From: an uncultured virus (IMG/VR IMGVR_UViG_3300049448_000779)
Taxonomy: Duplodnaviria > Heunggongvirae > Uroviricota > Caudoviricetes
Virus record (IMG/VR): IMGVR_UViG_3300049448_000779
Length of the DNA: 20,000 nt
Direction: 5' to 3' (one strand)
Part shown: positions 7,806-16,757 of the stretch, in pieces
How positions within the stretch are numbered: position 1 is the first letter of the stretch
Layout of the letters: every line of letters begins with the position of its first letter
Translations under genes and position numbers: made by a program
The notes under the pieces: generated by a model
The model's input: only the letters and a program-made list of their open reading frames with translations
Database searches by the model: none
What the model was told of the DNA's origin: nothing

Positions 7806-7920
7806 GATGCCTCCCGACTCATGGTGCTGCGAGGTTGATTTGACCACATCGTACGCGGACTATCGCGTCTGGGCAATGGACAATATTCACTGCTTAGATG
7901 ACCTGTTCAGGCCACTAACC

Positions 7921-8268
7921 CTACCAGTCGTCATCTTCGTCTCGGTCATGCCGGCGCCGCTTGCGCTTGCTGGCATAGCGATCAACCTTGGTAGGCTGGG
8001 CATCGGGCCAATCCTGGCGCGCGTCGTACTTGGGGGCACGGTGCTCCTCTTGCTGAGCCGCTGGTTTGTAGCGTTCCGCGACGCGCTCGACCACGGCCTC
8101 TCGAGCTTCTGGCTTGGTTGGCGCGCTCGCCTTCCTGGTGTCTCGGCACTGCTTGCACCGGACTGGGGGTGTGAACTGGCGTTCTGCAAAGAACTTTTGT
8201 TCCCCTGCTGTGAATGAAAACCCGCGCTCACAATCGCGACAGGTCTTCTCCTCATCCTGATACTCCAC
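7921..8268 (-). CDS. Zinc-ribbon domain protein (zf-trcl-like)
   Basis: GTG start after AAGGAG. 'KTCRDCERGFSFTAGEQKFFAERQFTPPVRCKQCR' is the typical pattern of this family. Confidence 0.85.
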   Translation of the reverse strand: MEYQDEEKTCRDCERGFSFTAGEQKFFAERQFTPPVRCKQCRDTRKASAPTKPEAREAVVERVAERYKPAAQQEEHRAPKYDARQDWPDAQPTKVDRYASKRKRRRHDRDEDDDW

Positions 8269-8290
8269 TATCTCTCCTTGTCGTTTCTCG

Positions 8291-8749
8291 TCATGGCCGC
8301 ATTTTTCCAAGGCGGGCCGCTTGTTCACGCAGGTCGGGACGCTGCGAGCTTTGAACTCGCGGGCGTCGAACGTTTGCCTGCATGAAGGGGTTCGTCCCGG
8401 AGACCGGGACCGTAACGGTGTGCACTCTCCACTTTGGAGTCGCGGGCTGAGCTGCCTCGGGCGGCCCCATTCCAGGGGGCTCTGCCCTCGCCTGCCGCAA
8501 GTAGAGTTCCTTCGTGGCCCTGACTAGCAGGGAGAAGATCCTAGTCTTCTCAACGTCGCCTGCGTTATGATCGGGGTGGTACTGATAGACCAACTGCTTG
8601 AATGCCTTGCGTACCCGAGTCTTGAGCTTCTTGAGTAGTTCTTCTCCATCGCGGAAGGGGGCCTTCTCAATTTCAGCCAGCTCTTGATCAGTGACGCCAA
8701 GGGCTTGGTGAGCTAACTGGCGGTCATACGGCGAGAGTGGCAGGGCCAT
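8291..8749 (-). CDS. J-domain (DnaJ-like) protein
   Basis: 'VRKAFKQLVYQYHPDHNAGDVEKTRIF' contains helix II and the HPD motif. Confidence 0.8.
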   Translation of the reverse strand: MALPLSPYDRQLAHQALGVTDQELAEIEKAPFRDGEELLKKLKTRVRKAFKQLVYQYHPDHNAGDVEKTRIFSLLVRATKELYLRQARAEPPGMGPPEAAQPATPKWRVHTVTVPVSGTNPFMQANVRRPRVQSSQRPDLREQAARLGKMRP

Positions 8750-8811
8750 TGGTCTACTTGTCAGGAGGGTCTATAGGCACCCTCCAATACCCAGTGGCCA
8801 CAAGAAGAAAC

Positions 8812-9504
8812 ATGACCCTCCCGCAAATCGGAGAGACTTGGACCCACCGACTCGTGCATGCCGACGGGATCGTCGCCCGGGTAGTAGGGACAATCGTCAC
8901 GTTCGTCAGCCTTACCGGTAATCGGGCCAGCATTCAGTTTAACCGGCAGGGCGCTGCTGAGAACACCCCACCGGACTGGGTACTCAAGAGTCCGGCCCCA
9001 TCTTGGTTCCAGTCGTGCTCTAGAGAACGCTGCCCCGGCTCTGCGTTCATCCGCTATGTTAGGCCACCCAAGGACGTGGTGGAGCTGGTCTGCCCAGCGC
9101 ATGTCCCAAAGGGAATCAAATCCGAGGCGTCGGACAAACCATTCCTAGTAACTGGGTTCTTCCACGGCTCCACCTGCCTCGCCTGCGGGCAAGATGGCAT
9201 CGAGGTCTTCGGGGAGCTGCCTTGGTCTCGCCAGCAGAGCGACAGCCTGTGGTGCTGCTCCGTGTGCTCCGAGTGGTGGCTGCTCACCAACTGGGGAGGT
9301 TTCTCGACGGACTTCACGAATCAGCAAGCCGCGATGCGCTGTCCAGCTGGCTTCATGTTCCAGTCGGTGGTCGGCAGAGAAGAGACAACGCTGCTGCCAG
9401 GTTGGACATACCGCGTGCGCGTTCGGATCCAGCTCGGCCACGTTTTGATGGGGGTCAGACCGCCGACGATCTACGACCACCTGAAGGAACGAGACGCCGG
9501 CTGA
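8812..9504 (+). CDS. Cys-rich hypothetical protein (putative multiple zinc fingers)
   Basis: Likely start ATG 8812 (avoids overlap with the divergent gene). CSRERC, CPAH, CLAC and CSVC clusters. Confidence 0.7.
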   Translation: MTLPQIGETWTHRLVHADGIVARVVGTIVTFVSLTGNRASIQFNRQGAAENTPPDWVLKSPAPSWFQSCSRERCPGSAFIRYVRPPKDVVELVCPAHVPKGIKSEASDKPFLVTGFFHGSTCLACGQDGIEVFGELPWSRQQSDSLWCCSVCSEWWLLTNWGGFSTDFTNQQAAMRCPAGFMFQSVVGREETTLLPGWTYRVRVRIQLGHVLMGVRPPTIYDHLKERDAG

Positions 9505-9509
9505 TGGCT

Positions 9510-10139
9510 TCAGACGAACCGATCCTGTTTGCCCCACATCGCGAGCTGCACCAACGCGCGCTGATACGCATGTTCGCTCGCGACCCTGCCCTTCGGGAAG
9601 CTCAGCGGGAACTTCACGACTAAGCGGCTCGTGCCGCGATCGCTGCCCCAGAGCATCAGCTCGTGCGCCGACCAGGAGATCTCCGGGATCTCGAGTTCGA
9701 ATTCTGTGTCTGGGTTCTCCGCATATGCGACTGTCACGTGCGGCTTGTAGTCGGGAAATTTCTTGCTGTAGTCGATCGATGCCTCCTCCATCGACTCGCA
9801 AATGGACTTGTGGAACGCGTGCAGCTCGGGCGAGCGAACCTTCGCGATGACGGGCACGCCATCGTCCCCTGCCGGGAACGTGGTGATGAGATCCGTCGAA
9901 AGGGAGAACGGCAGCGTCCGAGACGTCACGTGATAGAGCACAGGCAGTAGCTCAGCGATGCGTTCGATCGGAACATCCTTTCCCAGGTACACGACAGTCG
10001 TATGGAGGTTATGGGCCTCGGGGGTGCCTGGCACCTCGACCTCGTTGAGGATACGCGCCGTCTCTTCGGGAACTGGGAACATCAATGCGGCCACAAGGTC
10101 TCCTATTGAGTGCTGAGTAACAGACGATTGGTCATCCAC
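9510..10139 (-). CDS. 2H phosphoesterase (2'-5' RNA ligase / Acb1-like superfamily)
   Basis: Two HxT motifs, 'LHTTVVYLG' and 'YKPHVTVAY', at typical spacing. Confidence 0.85.
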   Translation of the reverse strand: MDDQSSVTQHSIGDLVAALMFPVPEETARILNEVEVPGTPEAHNLHTTVVYLGKDVPIERIAELLPVLYHVTSRTLPFSLSTDLITTFPAGDDGVPVIAKVRSPELHAFHKSICESMEEASIDYSKKFPDYKPHVTVAYAENPDTEFELEIPEISWSAHELMLWGSDRGTSRLVVKFPLSFPKGRVASEHAYQRALVQLAMWGKQDRFV

Positions 10140-10552
10140 GCGGGCAAAGGGTCGTCGACTGTGAACCCAAAAGACACCCAGTGCGGGGGCTCCTCCTGCA
10201 GCTGTAGTAGCCGGCCAGTCATCTTGAGCTTTTGGAACAAGCGCGTGTAGCCATAGACCAGCTCTTTCACGCGAGATGGGTATTTCTTACACCCCTCAAA
10301 GCAGGCGATAGCCGCGGCCTCGCACTGCTTGAGCAACCACTCTTCTTGATCTCGAGACACCAGAATCAGCACTCGGTCGGTGCCGATCCCTGACATCAAC
10401 GCCGCCAGAATTACGGCCTCAGCTCGAACCACGTCTGCTGTCCTGTCTGAGAATCCTCTAAATTCTGGCCATGAAGTGTAAAGCTTGTCTTGATCTGCAC
10501 TGGATGCTCGACCCAAGACACGCTGATGCGCCTCCATCAAAGTCATGGCCAT
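10103..10552 (-). CDS. Hypothetical protein
   Basis: Start reassigned to ATG 10552 (MAMTLME), 9 nt after GGTGTA; 149 aa. Confidence 0.65.
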   Translation of the reverse strand: MAMTLMEAHQRVLGRASSADQDKLYTSWPEFRGFSDRTADVVRAEAVILAALMSGIGTDRVLILVSRDQEEWLLKQCEAAAIACFEGCKKYPSRVKELVYGYTRLFQKLKMTGRLLQLQEEPPHWVSFGFTVDDPLPAWMTNRLLLSTQ

Positions 10553-10623
10553 AGCCCTGACTACACCGAGCAGAGGCAAACCGGGGTCCCCAGAAGTCAA
10601 ATTATGACTAGGAGCAAACGACC

Positions 10624-10950
10624 ATGAACATGAACGAACTACTTGAATTGCAGGCTCGGCTTTGGGCGGCGAAAGTCAACAAGCACTTGATCGGCGCCGC
10701 CTCAGGCTATGCCGATGCCCTAGAGAGAGAAGCTGGCCCTGTAGACTATGACGGCTACAAGCACTCTGCTAGCCATCTCTTGGCTCTCGTTGAGAAGGTG
10801 ATCCGGGTTCGCAACGCGCCGAAGGCTCCCGAGAAGAAGCTCAAACCTGAGCCTGAGCCAAAAGTGGCCATCGAGCCCCCTGTGCTCGACAATGAAGTCG
10901 AAACCAAGGTGGTGGCGAAAGCGCCCCCGAAGCCCAAGCCCAAAGGCTAG
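10624..10950 (+). CDS. Hypothetical protein with Pro/Lys/Glu-rich tail
   Basis: 108 aa, AGGAG SD, convergent stop overlap with the kinase gene. Confidence 0.75.
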   Translation: MNMNELLELQARLWAAKVNKHLIGAASGYADALEREAGPVDYDGYKHSASHLLALVEKVIRVRNAPKAPEKKLKPEPEPKVAIEPPVLDNEVETKVVAKAPPKPKPKG

Positions 10951-11609
10951 CTGACCTCACGTAAGAAGCCCTGGATGGCCAAACGCAGGTCGTCGATCGT
11001 GCCCGTGTTCTGAAACACTCGGTCGAACGCCGAGTCGGGGATGCTGGCTTGCTCCACTTCAGATTGATGCAGAGCAGCCGCACCTCCGAGCCCAGCACCA
11101 GGTCGTGAGATACGTAGAACGAGCCCGCCGGCTTCCTTGATCGCGGCCATCTCGTTCTTGAAACGCACGTCCGGAACCGCCACGCCAAGCACAGAACGCA
11201 TGCGTCCGCGCCCGCCCGTACGTTTCACAAGTCCCAGCTGCTGCGTGTAGTGAAGCTCGACTCCCCCGTCCGTCAACAGTTCTTGAGCGGTCCGGATGCA
11301 GAGGTCGATCCACGTGTTGGGGTAGCATCGGCGCCCCCACTCCGTGCCGAGCAATTGGAGTGCCTCGCGGGGGCTGAGGAAGGAGCCGTCGGCGCGAGGA
11401 TAGCGCTTGTCCTCCGCATTCCGGAATTGGCTTGGACCCCAAAGCTGCTCGTCGGTGAACGCGTAGACCTTGCGAGCGATTTGCTTCAGGGGGTCAGCCA
11501 AGCTCACCTTCGTGAAGCCGTGATCATGTACGAGGATATCAGCGGTAGTATCCTTGCCTGCACCTGCAAGCCCGGACACGCCCAAAATCAGACCAGTAGC
11601 GTTTGCCAT
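10947..11609 (-). CDS. Deoxynucleoside monophosphate kinase (phage T4 gp1-like)
   Basis: P-loop 'GLAGAGKDT', plus 'SLADPLK', 'PREALQLLGTEWGR', 'DVRFKNE' and 'HQSE' motifs. Confidence 0.92.
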   Translation of the reverse strand: MANATGLILGVSGLAGAGKDTTADILVHDHGFTKVSLADPLKQIARKVYAFTDEQLWGPSQFRNAEDKRYPRADGSFLSPREALQLLGTEWGRRCYPNTWIDLCIRTAQELLTDGGVELHYTQQLGLVKRTGGRGRMRSVLGVAVPDVRFKNEMAAIKEAGGLVLRISRPGAGLGGAAALHQSEVEQASIPDSAFDRVFQNTGTIDDLRLAIQGFLREVS

Positions 11610-11643
11610 GGCCGGCTCTACACCTGGCCGACGAGGTGGCGAT

Positions 11644-11748
11644 TTACGCTAACAATCCGGGCCAGAGGATCATGGCAATGCTCAGAGCCAGCTCAATCGC
11701 ACTGAGCACAGTCATCGCCAACCTAAACCAGCGGTACCAACTTGCCAT
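11644..11748 (-). CDS. 34-aa predicted single-pass membrane peptide (not in ORF track)
   Basis: MASWYRWFRLAMTVLSAIELALSIAMILWPGLLA; perfect AAGGAGG SD 5 nt upstream. Confidence 0.7.
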   Translation of the reverse strand: MASWYRWFRLAMTVLSAIELALSIAMILWPGLLA

Positions 11749-11799
11749 GGTTGCCTCCTTGTAGGCCTACGTCTCTACACCGAAGCCTAGGGACCAGGT

Positions 11800-11830
11800 G
11801 TAGTCGTAGGTCATATCTGTAGACCGGCAT
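11800..11830 (-). repeat. Second copy of the MTYDY gene-start cassette (first copy 6547-6577)
   Basis: 25/31 identical by manual alignment; opens only a 15-aa ORF MTYDYTWSLGFGVET (11767..11814). Confidence 0.75.
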
Positions 11831-11954
11831 AAGTTGGTTGGCGCTGCCCGGCACCGGCTTTCGTAGGCGACCGATTGCTTGAAGTTCGGACCCCGCCGAT
11901 TGTCTCTTTTCCATTGTTGGGCTGACTTACAGTGTGCATTTGAAGGAGTCTGGA

Positions 11955-12266
11955 ATGAGCTACGACTTTCGCGTCCCCAGCAACGATCGCCGCTCGGCCG
12001 CCGCAATCCCGACGGACTATGCCCAAGCCAAACAGCGGAGTGATGAGTTAGAGGCGGAGTACCAACGGACCGGCCGGGCTTTGAAAGCTTTGTCCGGTGG
12101 TGGCCCGATGGGTATGACCCCCGCTGCGGTCCGAGCCACGCCGGAATGGAAGGCCGCCAAACGCGAGGCTGACGCCGCCTTCGCTGCTTTGCGAAACTTC
12201 AATGAGATCTACACGAAACGCTTCAAGCGGGAGATACAGCAAGACCGCCGTGACCGCGGTCGCTGA
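11955..12266 (+). CDS. Phage-type hypothetical protein (GPMGMTPxxVRATPEW motif)
   Basis: ATG 11955 after AAGGAG; 103 aa; starts MSYDF. Confidence 0.8.
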   Translation: MSYDFRVPSNDRRSAAAIPTDYAQAKQRSDELEAEYQRTGRALKALSGGGPMGMTPAAVRATPEWKAAKREADAAFAALRNFNEIYTKRFKREIQQDRRDRGR

Positions 12267-12369
12267 CTAGCTAAGCCCGGCTTGCGCACCAAACGTGGTA
12301 AGCTCTGGTCTAGGTGCTACAAACGACGCGTGCCTTTGAAGTTTTCCGTAGCTGGCGTGTACATCAAAC

Positions 12370-12570
12370 ATGACTGACTCACACAAAAGTAACTCCCTCC
12401 CGACGCAAGCCACGAACGCGGCTGAGGTGTTTTTTGTACTGAACCCCTCAGCCTCGCCAATGGAGATCGAACGCGCCGCGGGTGTCCTCGCCAAGCACTA
12501 CGGCTACACCGATTCCGACGCGCATTGGTTTTGGGAGACGTTTACCAACTACATCACGGCAAACCGCTGA
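12370..12570 (+). CDS. Small hypothetical protein
   Basis: 66 aa; CGTGTA 8 nt before ATG, no SD. Confidence 0.6.
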   Translation: MTDSHKSNSLPTQATNAAEVFFVLNPSASPMEIERAAGVLAKHYGYTDSDAHWFWETFTNYITANR

Positions 12571-12743
12571 ACACGACGACCAGAGACTGTCAGGGTTGGG
12601 CAGGAGGCCGTGCTGGGGATGAGTCCCGTGGGGGCCTTTCATCGAAAGCCGGGGGCTGCAATGCCAAACAGGCAGGGGCCGCTCTCCCCGGCCAGACGTA
12701 CAGCAAGGTCGCTTTGCGCGTTCTACGCCGCTACATTACTGCG

Positions 12744-13607
12744 ATGCAGCTGAGTGAATGGCCGTTGAAGAAACAACAGGAGAAGCTCAAGAAAGCCATC
12801 GAAGAGATCGAGGCAGGAGCCCGCTCCATTGGGTATCGGAACACGTCCGTAGCGGTCGACATCGGATGGTTTGCCGGTCCCGGCTGGAAGGCAGTGGAGT
12901 ACCACAATAGCCGGGAGCGCTGGTATATCGTGACGGCCCCTAACGGCCAGACGTTCAAGGCGTCAGACGAGCCGGATGCACCCGATCTCAAGATGTGGCT
13001 GCGCGAAGAGACCAACTACGTAAAAGTGCTTGAGGCGAAGCTCGCCGAGGTCAACGGGAAGATCCGGGCCGAACGCATTGAAAAGCAACGGACCAAACCT
13101 ATCGCCCCGGGGAGCAATCTAGGGACTTGCTCTGTCTGCCTCGCACGCATTAAACTCCGAAAGCAGCCCGTCCCTAAGCTGCCTATCCTCGTGCTTCATG
13201 GCTACAAGAGACCCGGCATTGGTTACATTGAAGGCAACTGTCCCGGCGTCCGATTTCCGCCACTAGAACTATCCACAGAGGGCACTGAAGCCTACCTTAG
13301 GGATGACTTAGAGCGCGAGTTGGTGGGACTGCAACGACGCAGCGTTGCTCTACAGAAGCGCCTACGCGAACCAATCACAAAGGTACACCGCAATCCGAAG
13401 CTGCTTGAAAAGGCTGAAGGTGGTCACCGTTTCGAACAGGATGAGTACACGCCGGAACACCCCGAGTGGGAAACAGTAGAGCGTCAGTTTCGCCAAGAGC
13501 TTGAATCGGACCTCAACGACCTGAATCGGGGCATTGAGTACACAAAAGCCGAGATCAAGACGATGAAACGCAGAATCGCGGATTGGGTTGCAAAGCCACT
13601 ACCATGA
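12744..13607 (+). CDS. Phage-type hypothetical protein with putative zinc-binding motif and coiled coils (start uncertain)
   Basis: 'GTCSVC...LHGYKRPGIGYIEGNCPG..FPPLELS'. The frame is open from 12525, so the true start may be upstream of ATG 12744. Confidence 0.75.
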   Translation: MQLSEWPLKKQQEKLKKAIEEIEAGARSIGYRNTSVAVDIGWFAGPGWKAVEYHNSRERWYIVTAPNGQTFKASDEPDAPDLKMWLREETNYVKVLEAKLAEVNGKIRAERIEKQRTKPIAPGSNLGTCSVCLARIKLRKQPVPKLPILVLHGYKRPGIGYIEGNCPGVRFPPLELSTEGTEAYLRDDLERELVGLQRRSVALQKRLREPITKVHRNPKLLEKAEGGHRFEQDEYTPEHPEWETVERQFRQELESDLNDLNRGIEYTKAEIKTMKRRIADWVAKPLP

Positions 13608-13629
13608 CGCCTGCCACCGTTCGCGGCGT

Positions 13630-13902
13630 CTAACCTCTGGCAGCGTTATTGTGGGCGCGTTGTGTTGTGTACATCGCACGTCTCTCACATACGCTAAGTC
13701 CGTTGCGCTTCTTCTCGCATACTTTTCTAGAGCAGAGATAGAACCCCGGACCGTCGCTGCCATCACAGACTTCGGCATCGGTAACGAAGTCTGTGCCCAC
13801 CGGCTTACCGCACGCGTCGCATGGAGAAGTCGTTCGGAAGCGACCACCCCCGCGTTCTCGTAGCTCGTGTTTCGGGAGCGGTAATCGCTTTGGCGTTGCC
13901 AT
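13630..13902 (-). CDS. Small Cys-rich hypothetical protein
   Basis: 90 aa; CDAC and CSRKVC; GAGAGG SD upstream. Confidence 0.7.
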   Translation of the reverse strand: MATPKRLPLPKHELRERGGGRFRTTSPCDACGKPVGTDFVTDAEVCDGSDGPGFYLCSRKVCEKKRNGLSVCERRAMYTTQRAHNNAARG

Positions 13903-14039
13903 TTAGGAACCTCTCTTATTGTGACCCTAGAGTTCATCTAGGGCAACCCCCATTGGGCAGGTTCCTTCCGTCTCGATTTTCGCTTACGGCAACTCGAAAC
14001 GCCGCGGGGATCCACGTAATCAGCCGCCGGTCGCCATTC

Positions 14040-14492
14040 TCAACCAGCGGCCGAGACTACAGCTGGCGGGACATCTGTTGCGTCTACACGCTTCCACAGA
14101 CCTTGATTCGTCCGAGAGACTGAGATCTGCTTTGCCTTCGGCCTGGCACGAGGCCGGTCGAGTTGCAGAGTGACCTGAGTACCGGAGATGTTACCGTTCT
14201 TGATTTCCTCACCAGAAGCCTTGAAATAGATTTCTTGGTCCCTGACTCGCTGGACGTACCACTCGCCGGCATTCCCCCAACTACGCCAGACAGTCGTGGC
14301 GACACGAGTGCTCAAAGCATGAAGCTCAGTAGCATTCCTCAACAGCGCTCGCTCGTGCGTGGGCATCAGTCTTTGGCTGAGATGACGTAGAGCACTCGCT
14401 AGACGAGCACGAGAGGGCTGATGGCTCTCCGTATAGTCGAGTAGACGCTGAAGCTCCCGCTGAAGCTGTGATGTCGTCGCGATCTTATCCAT
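14040..14492 (-). CDS. Hypothetical protein with shared MxKIA N-terminal module
   Basis: 150 aa; first 42 aa are 23/42 identical to the 14668..15177 product. Confidence 0.8.
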   Translation of the reverse strand: MDKIATTSQLQRELQRLLDYTESHQPSRARLASALRHLSQRLMPTHERALLRNATELHALSTRVATTVWRSWGNAGEWYVQRVRDQEIYFKASGEEIKNGNISGTQVTLQLDRPRARPKAKQISVSRTNQGLWKRVDATDVPPAVVSAAG

Positions 14493-14667
14493 GTTCGGCT
14501 CGGTACCTCTCAGAGGCCATGGTCAACAAAAAGATGTGCCAGCGGCCTAGGTTTTTGCCTTTCGACTCGCCCCTTTGCACCAGTCAGGGTTGAGCAAGCT
14601 TTTATCGAGCGCCCTCTGTGAGGTCCGGCTCTGGTCCGGTCTGACTTAGGAGAGGGTATCTCGACCA

Positions 14668-15177
14668 ATGCGTAAGATTGCCGACACGAATGAACTTCAA
14701 GCCGAACTGCGCCGTCTTCTTGCCTACGCTCGAAGTGATCGGCCATCGCGGACGCGGATCGCGAACGAACTGGAAACGCTCAGCGAGCGTGTGACGGCGG
14801 CAAAGAGGCCCAACACTATAAGTGCTGCGCTAACCAAAGTGGCACTCGACGAGCGGCTTGAAGACTATCTCCACTATGGAGTTAGTCGGTTTCTGGAGAC
14901 GGTCCCACCACTTCTGTCTCGCTACGGTTTCGAGGCCCAGGTGGTTTCGCTTCTTGGCGGAACGGCAGGTCTGACATTCGAAGACTCTGATCGCGAGTTC
15001 AACGGCACATTGCGTACTTGGATTCGACGGGGCGTCTTTGTAATGCGTGCTGAGTTAGAGATGCAGGGCGATGTAAAAGCGGAAGAGAAAAGCATGCGGG
15101 TCGACCAGGTCAAAGCGATGGATATCGTTAACCTGATCTCCGATGCGCGGTACAAATTCCGAGAGAAGGCTATCTAG
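14668..15177 (+). CDS. Hypothetical protein with shared MxKIA N-terminal module
   Basis: 169 aa; AGGAGAGGG upstream; paralogous N-terminus. Confidence 0.8.
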   Translation: MRKIADTNELQAELRRLLAYARSDRPSRTRIANELETLSERVTAAKRPNTISAALTKVALDERLEDYLHYGVSRFLETVPPLLSRYGFEAQVVSLLGGTAGLTFEDSDREFNGTLRTWIRRGVFVMRAELEMQGDVKAEEKSMRVDQVKAMDIVNLISDARYKFREKAI

Positions 15178-16754
15178 CTCAGCCCCATTCGCTCGATCAG
15201 CGGATTTGTGAACACAGCGCGAGCGGCCGCCGATGGCAAAAGCACCCGGCGAGCAGCCTTCCAGCGATCGACCCGGTCTCCGAAGTATGCGCGCACACTC
15301 GCCGCGTCCATGCCGCCCTCGTACTCCTGACCCCAATGGCAGGTGAACAGGATCCCCGCCCCTCGGAGCGCGTCGAACACAGCGCGATGGATGGCGTCGG
15401 TGTCGGAGCTGCCAAGGCACGGAAACTCGATGTACGCGTTCATCGCGTGGATGTTCATGCCCAAAAGAGCGCTCGAGCGCGGAGCAAAGCGCACGCTCGC
15501 CCCGCCCAAAAGATGCCTACCCGCATGTCCCTCTTGTCGAAGGGTTTCGATCACGATCTGCGTGGCGTGCCGCGTGTTCACGTGATCCACTACAACCTCA
15601 ACACTGCGCCCATTGCCCTCGGGCATTGACGTCGGACCGAATACGCTGCCCGGGAACTTCGGGCCGACAGGTCCCCCGTGATATTGGGCGGATGTCTGTG
15701 CAGCGATTATTTGGCCAATGAAGGCTGCGTCGAGCCCGCTCAGATCTACCAGAGGCACCAAGCGCGAGAGTAGCTGCGAGAGATCCGAAGCGATGCGTGT
15801 TTGCACAGGTCCTGGCGCTGCGTACGGACGCGAGGCTGGCTGCGTGCACATCCAGGTCGCGAAGCTCCCGTTATCGCCTGTTTGCGCAAATGGACTAAAG
15901 ACTATGGAGAGGAAGTCAGGACTGCTCGTTGAACCGAGAGCCGTCGTGTCGAGCGTCTCCATCGCATTCCAAATGTCCTCATCGAACAGGGAGCGTGCGA
16001 CGCTCAATCCAACCCACTCGTAGAGCGGCACCGCCTCGACGATCACGGAGTGCACGAAACCGAGCCCGCCCAGCGAGACTTGCGCGGCCGCGAACAGCTC
16101 GTCATCTGCTACGTCGTCGATGACCGTTAGCGTTGTTTGGTCCCGAAACCACTGGGTCAGCTCTGGCTTGAAGCGCCGGCTGCTCGGTTGTATGAGAGCG
16201 CCGTGGTCTGGACCCGTGACGAGCAGCATGGCCAAGACCGTATCGTGAACCGCGCCAACTTTTAGATGCGAGCCGTGCGTCCCCGTCGCGATGCAGCCAG
16301 CAATACGGTGGCCATCGCCTGCTCCTGATGTCTGCAATGCCAAGCCGGCTGCTCCGAGCACACGATTGAGCGTGGCGATCGTTGCTGCCCCTTGCACGAT
16401 GACTGGCACCCCGCCGCGAGCTTTGGGGTACCCCGTCGTGATCCACTTCGGGTCAACCTTCACGATCTGGTTCCATGCTCCTGCGTCGAGCAACACGTTC
16501 GCCGGATCGAGGATGTTGGACAAAGACCACCGAGAGCCGATCACGCACAGACGTTCAGGTGGATCCTCGAAGCAGTAGCCTAAGATTGCGTTGAGATCCG
16601 GAGTGAGCGCGGCGCCCTGACTGGGCGTAGAAATACCGCTCGCACCGGGAGTGAGATAGAGCGGCACAGCCCTATCAACTATCGTGTGATGGAAGTTAGC
16701 CCAGTGCTCAACGTTAGAGACCAGCGTGTGAGAAAGTTTGGGAAGCGGACGCAT
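15174..16754 (-). CDS. FAD-binding oxidoreductase (VAO/PCMH family, aldonolactone oxidase-like)
   Basis: 'IGSRWSLS', 'IAGCIATGTHGS', 'SLGGLGFV' and C-terminal 'HWGQ' motifs; 526 aa. Confidence 0.88.
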   Translation of the reverse strand: MRPLPKLSHTLVSNVEHWANFHHTIVDRAVPLYLTPGASGISTPSQGAALTPDLNAILGYCFEDPPERLCVIGSRWSLSNILDPANVLLDAGAWNQIVKVDPKWITTGYPKARGGVPVIVQGAATIATLNRVLGAAGLALQTSGAGDGHRIAGCIATGTHGSHLKVGAVHDTVLAMLLVTGPDHGALIQPSSRRFKPELTQWFRDQTTLTVIDDVADDELFAAAQVSLGGLGFVHSVIVEAVPLYEWVGLSVARSLFDEDIWNAMETLDTTALGSTSSPDFLSIVFSPFAQTGDNGSFATWMCTQPASRPYAAPGPVQTRIASDLSQLLSRLVPLVDLSGLDAAFIGQIIAAQTSAQYHGGPVGPKFPGSVFGPTSMPEGNGRSVEVVVDHVNTRHATQIVIETLRQEGHAGRHLLGGASVRFAPRSSALLGMNIHAMNAYIEFPCLGSSDTDAIHRAVFDALRGAGILFTCHWGQEYEGGMDAASVRAYFGDRVDRWKAARRVLLPSAAARAVFTNPLIERMGLS

Positions 16755-16757
16755 CGA

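Noticed and set aside
12661..12753. Possible frameshifted start (MPNRQGPLSPARRTA...) for the 12744..13607 gene
   Set aside because: No slippery sequence or homology evidence visible; the start is left as uncertain.
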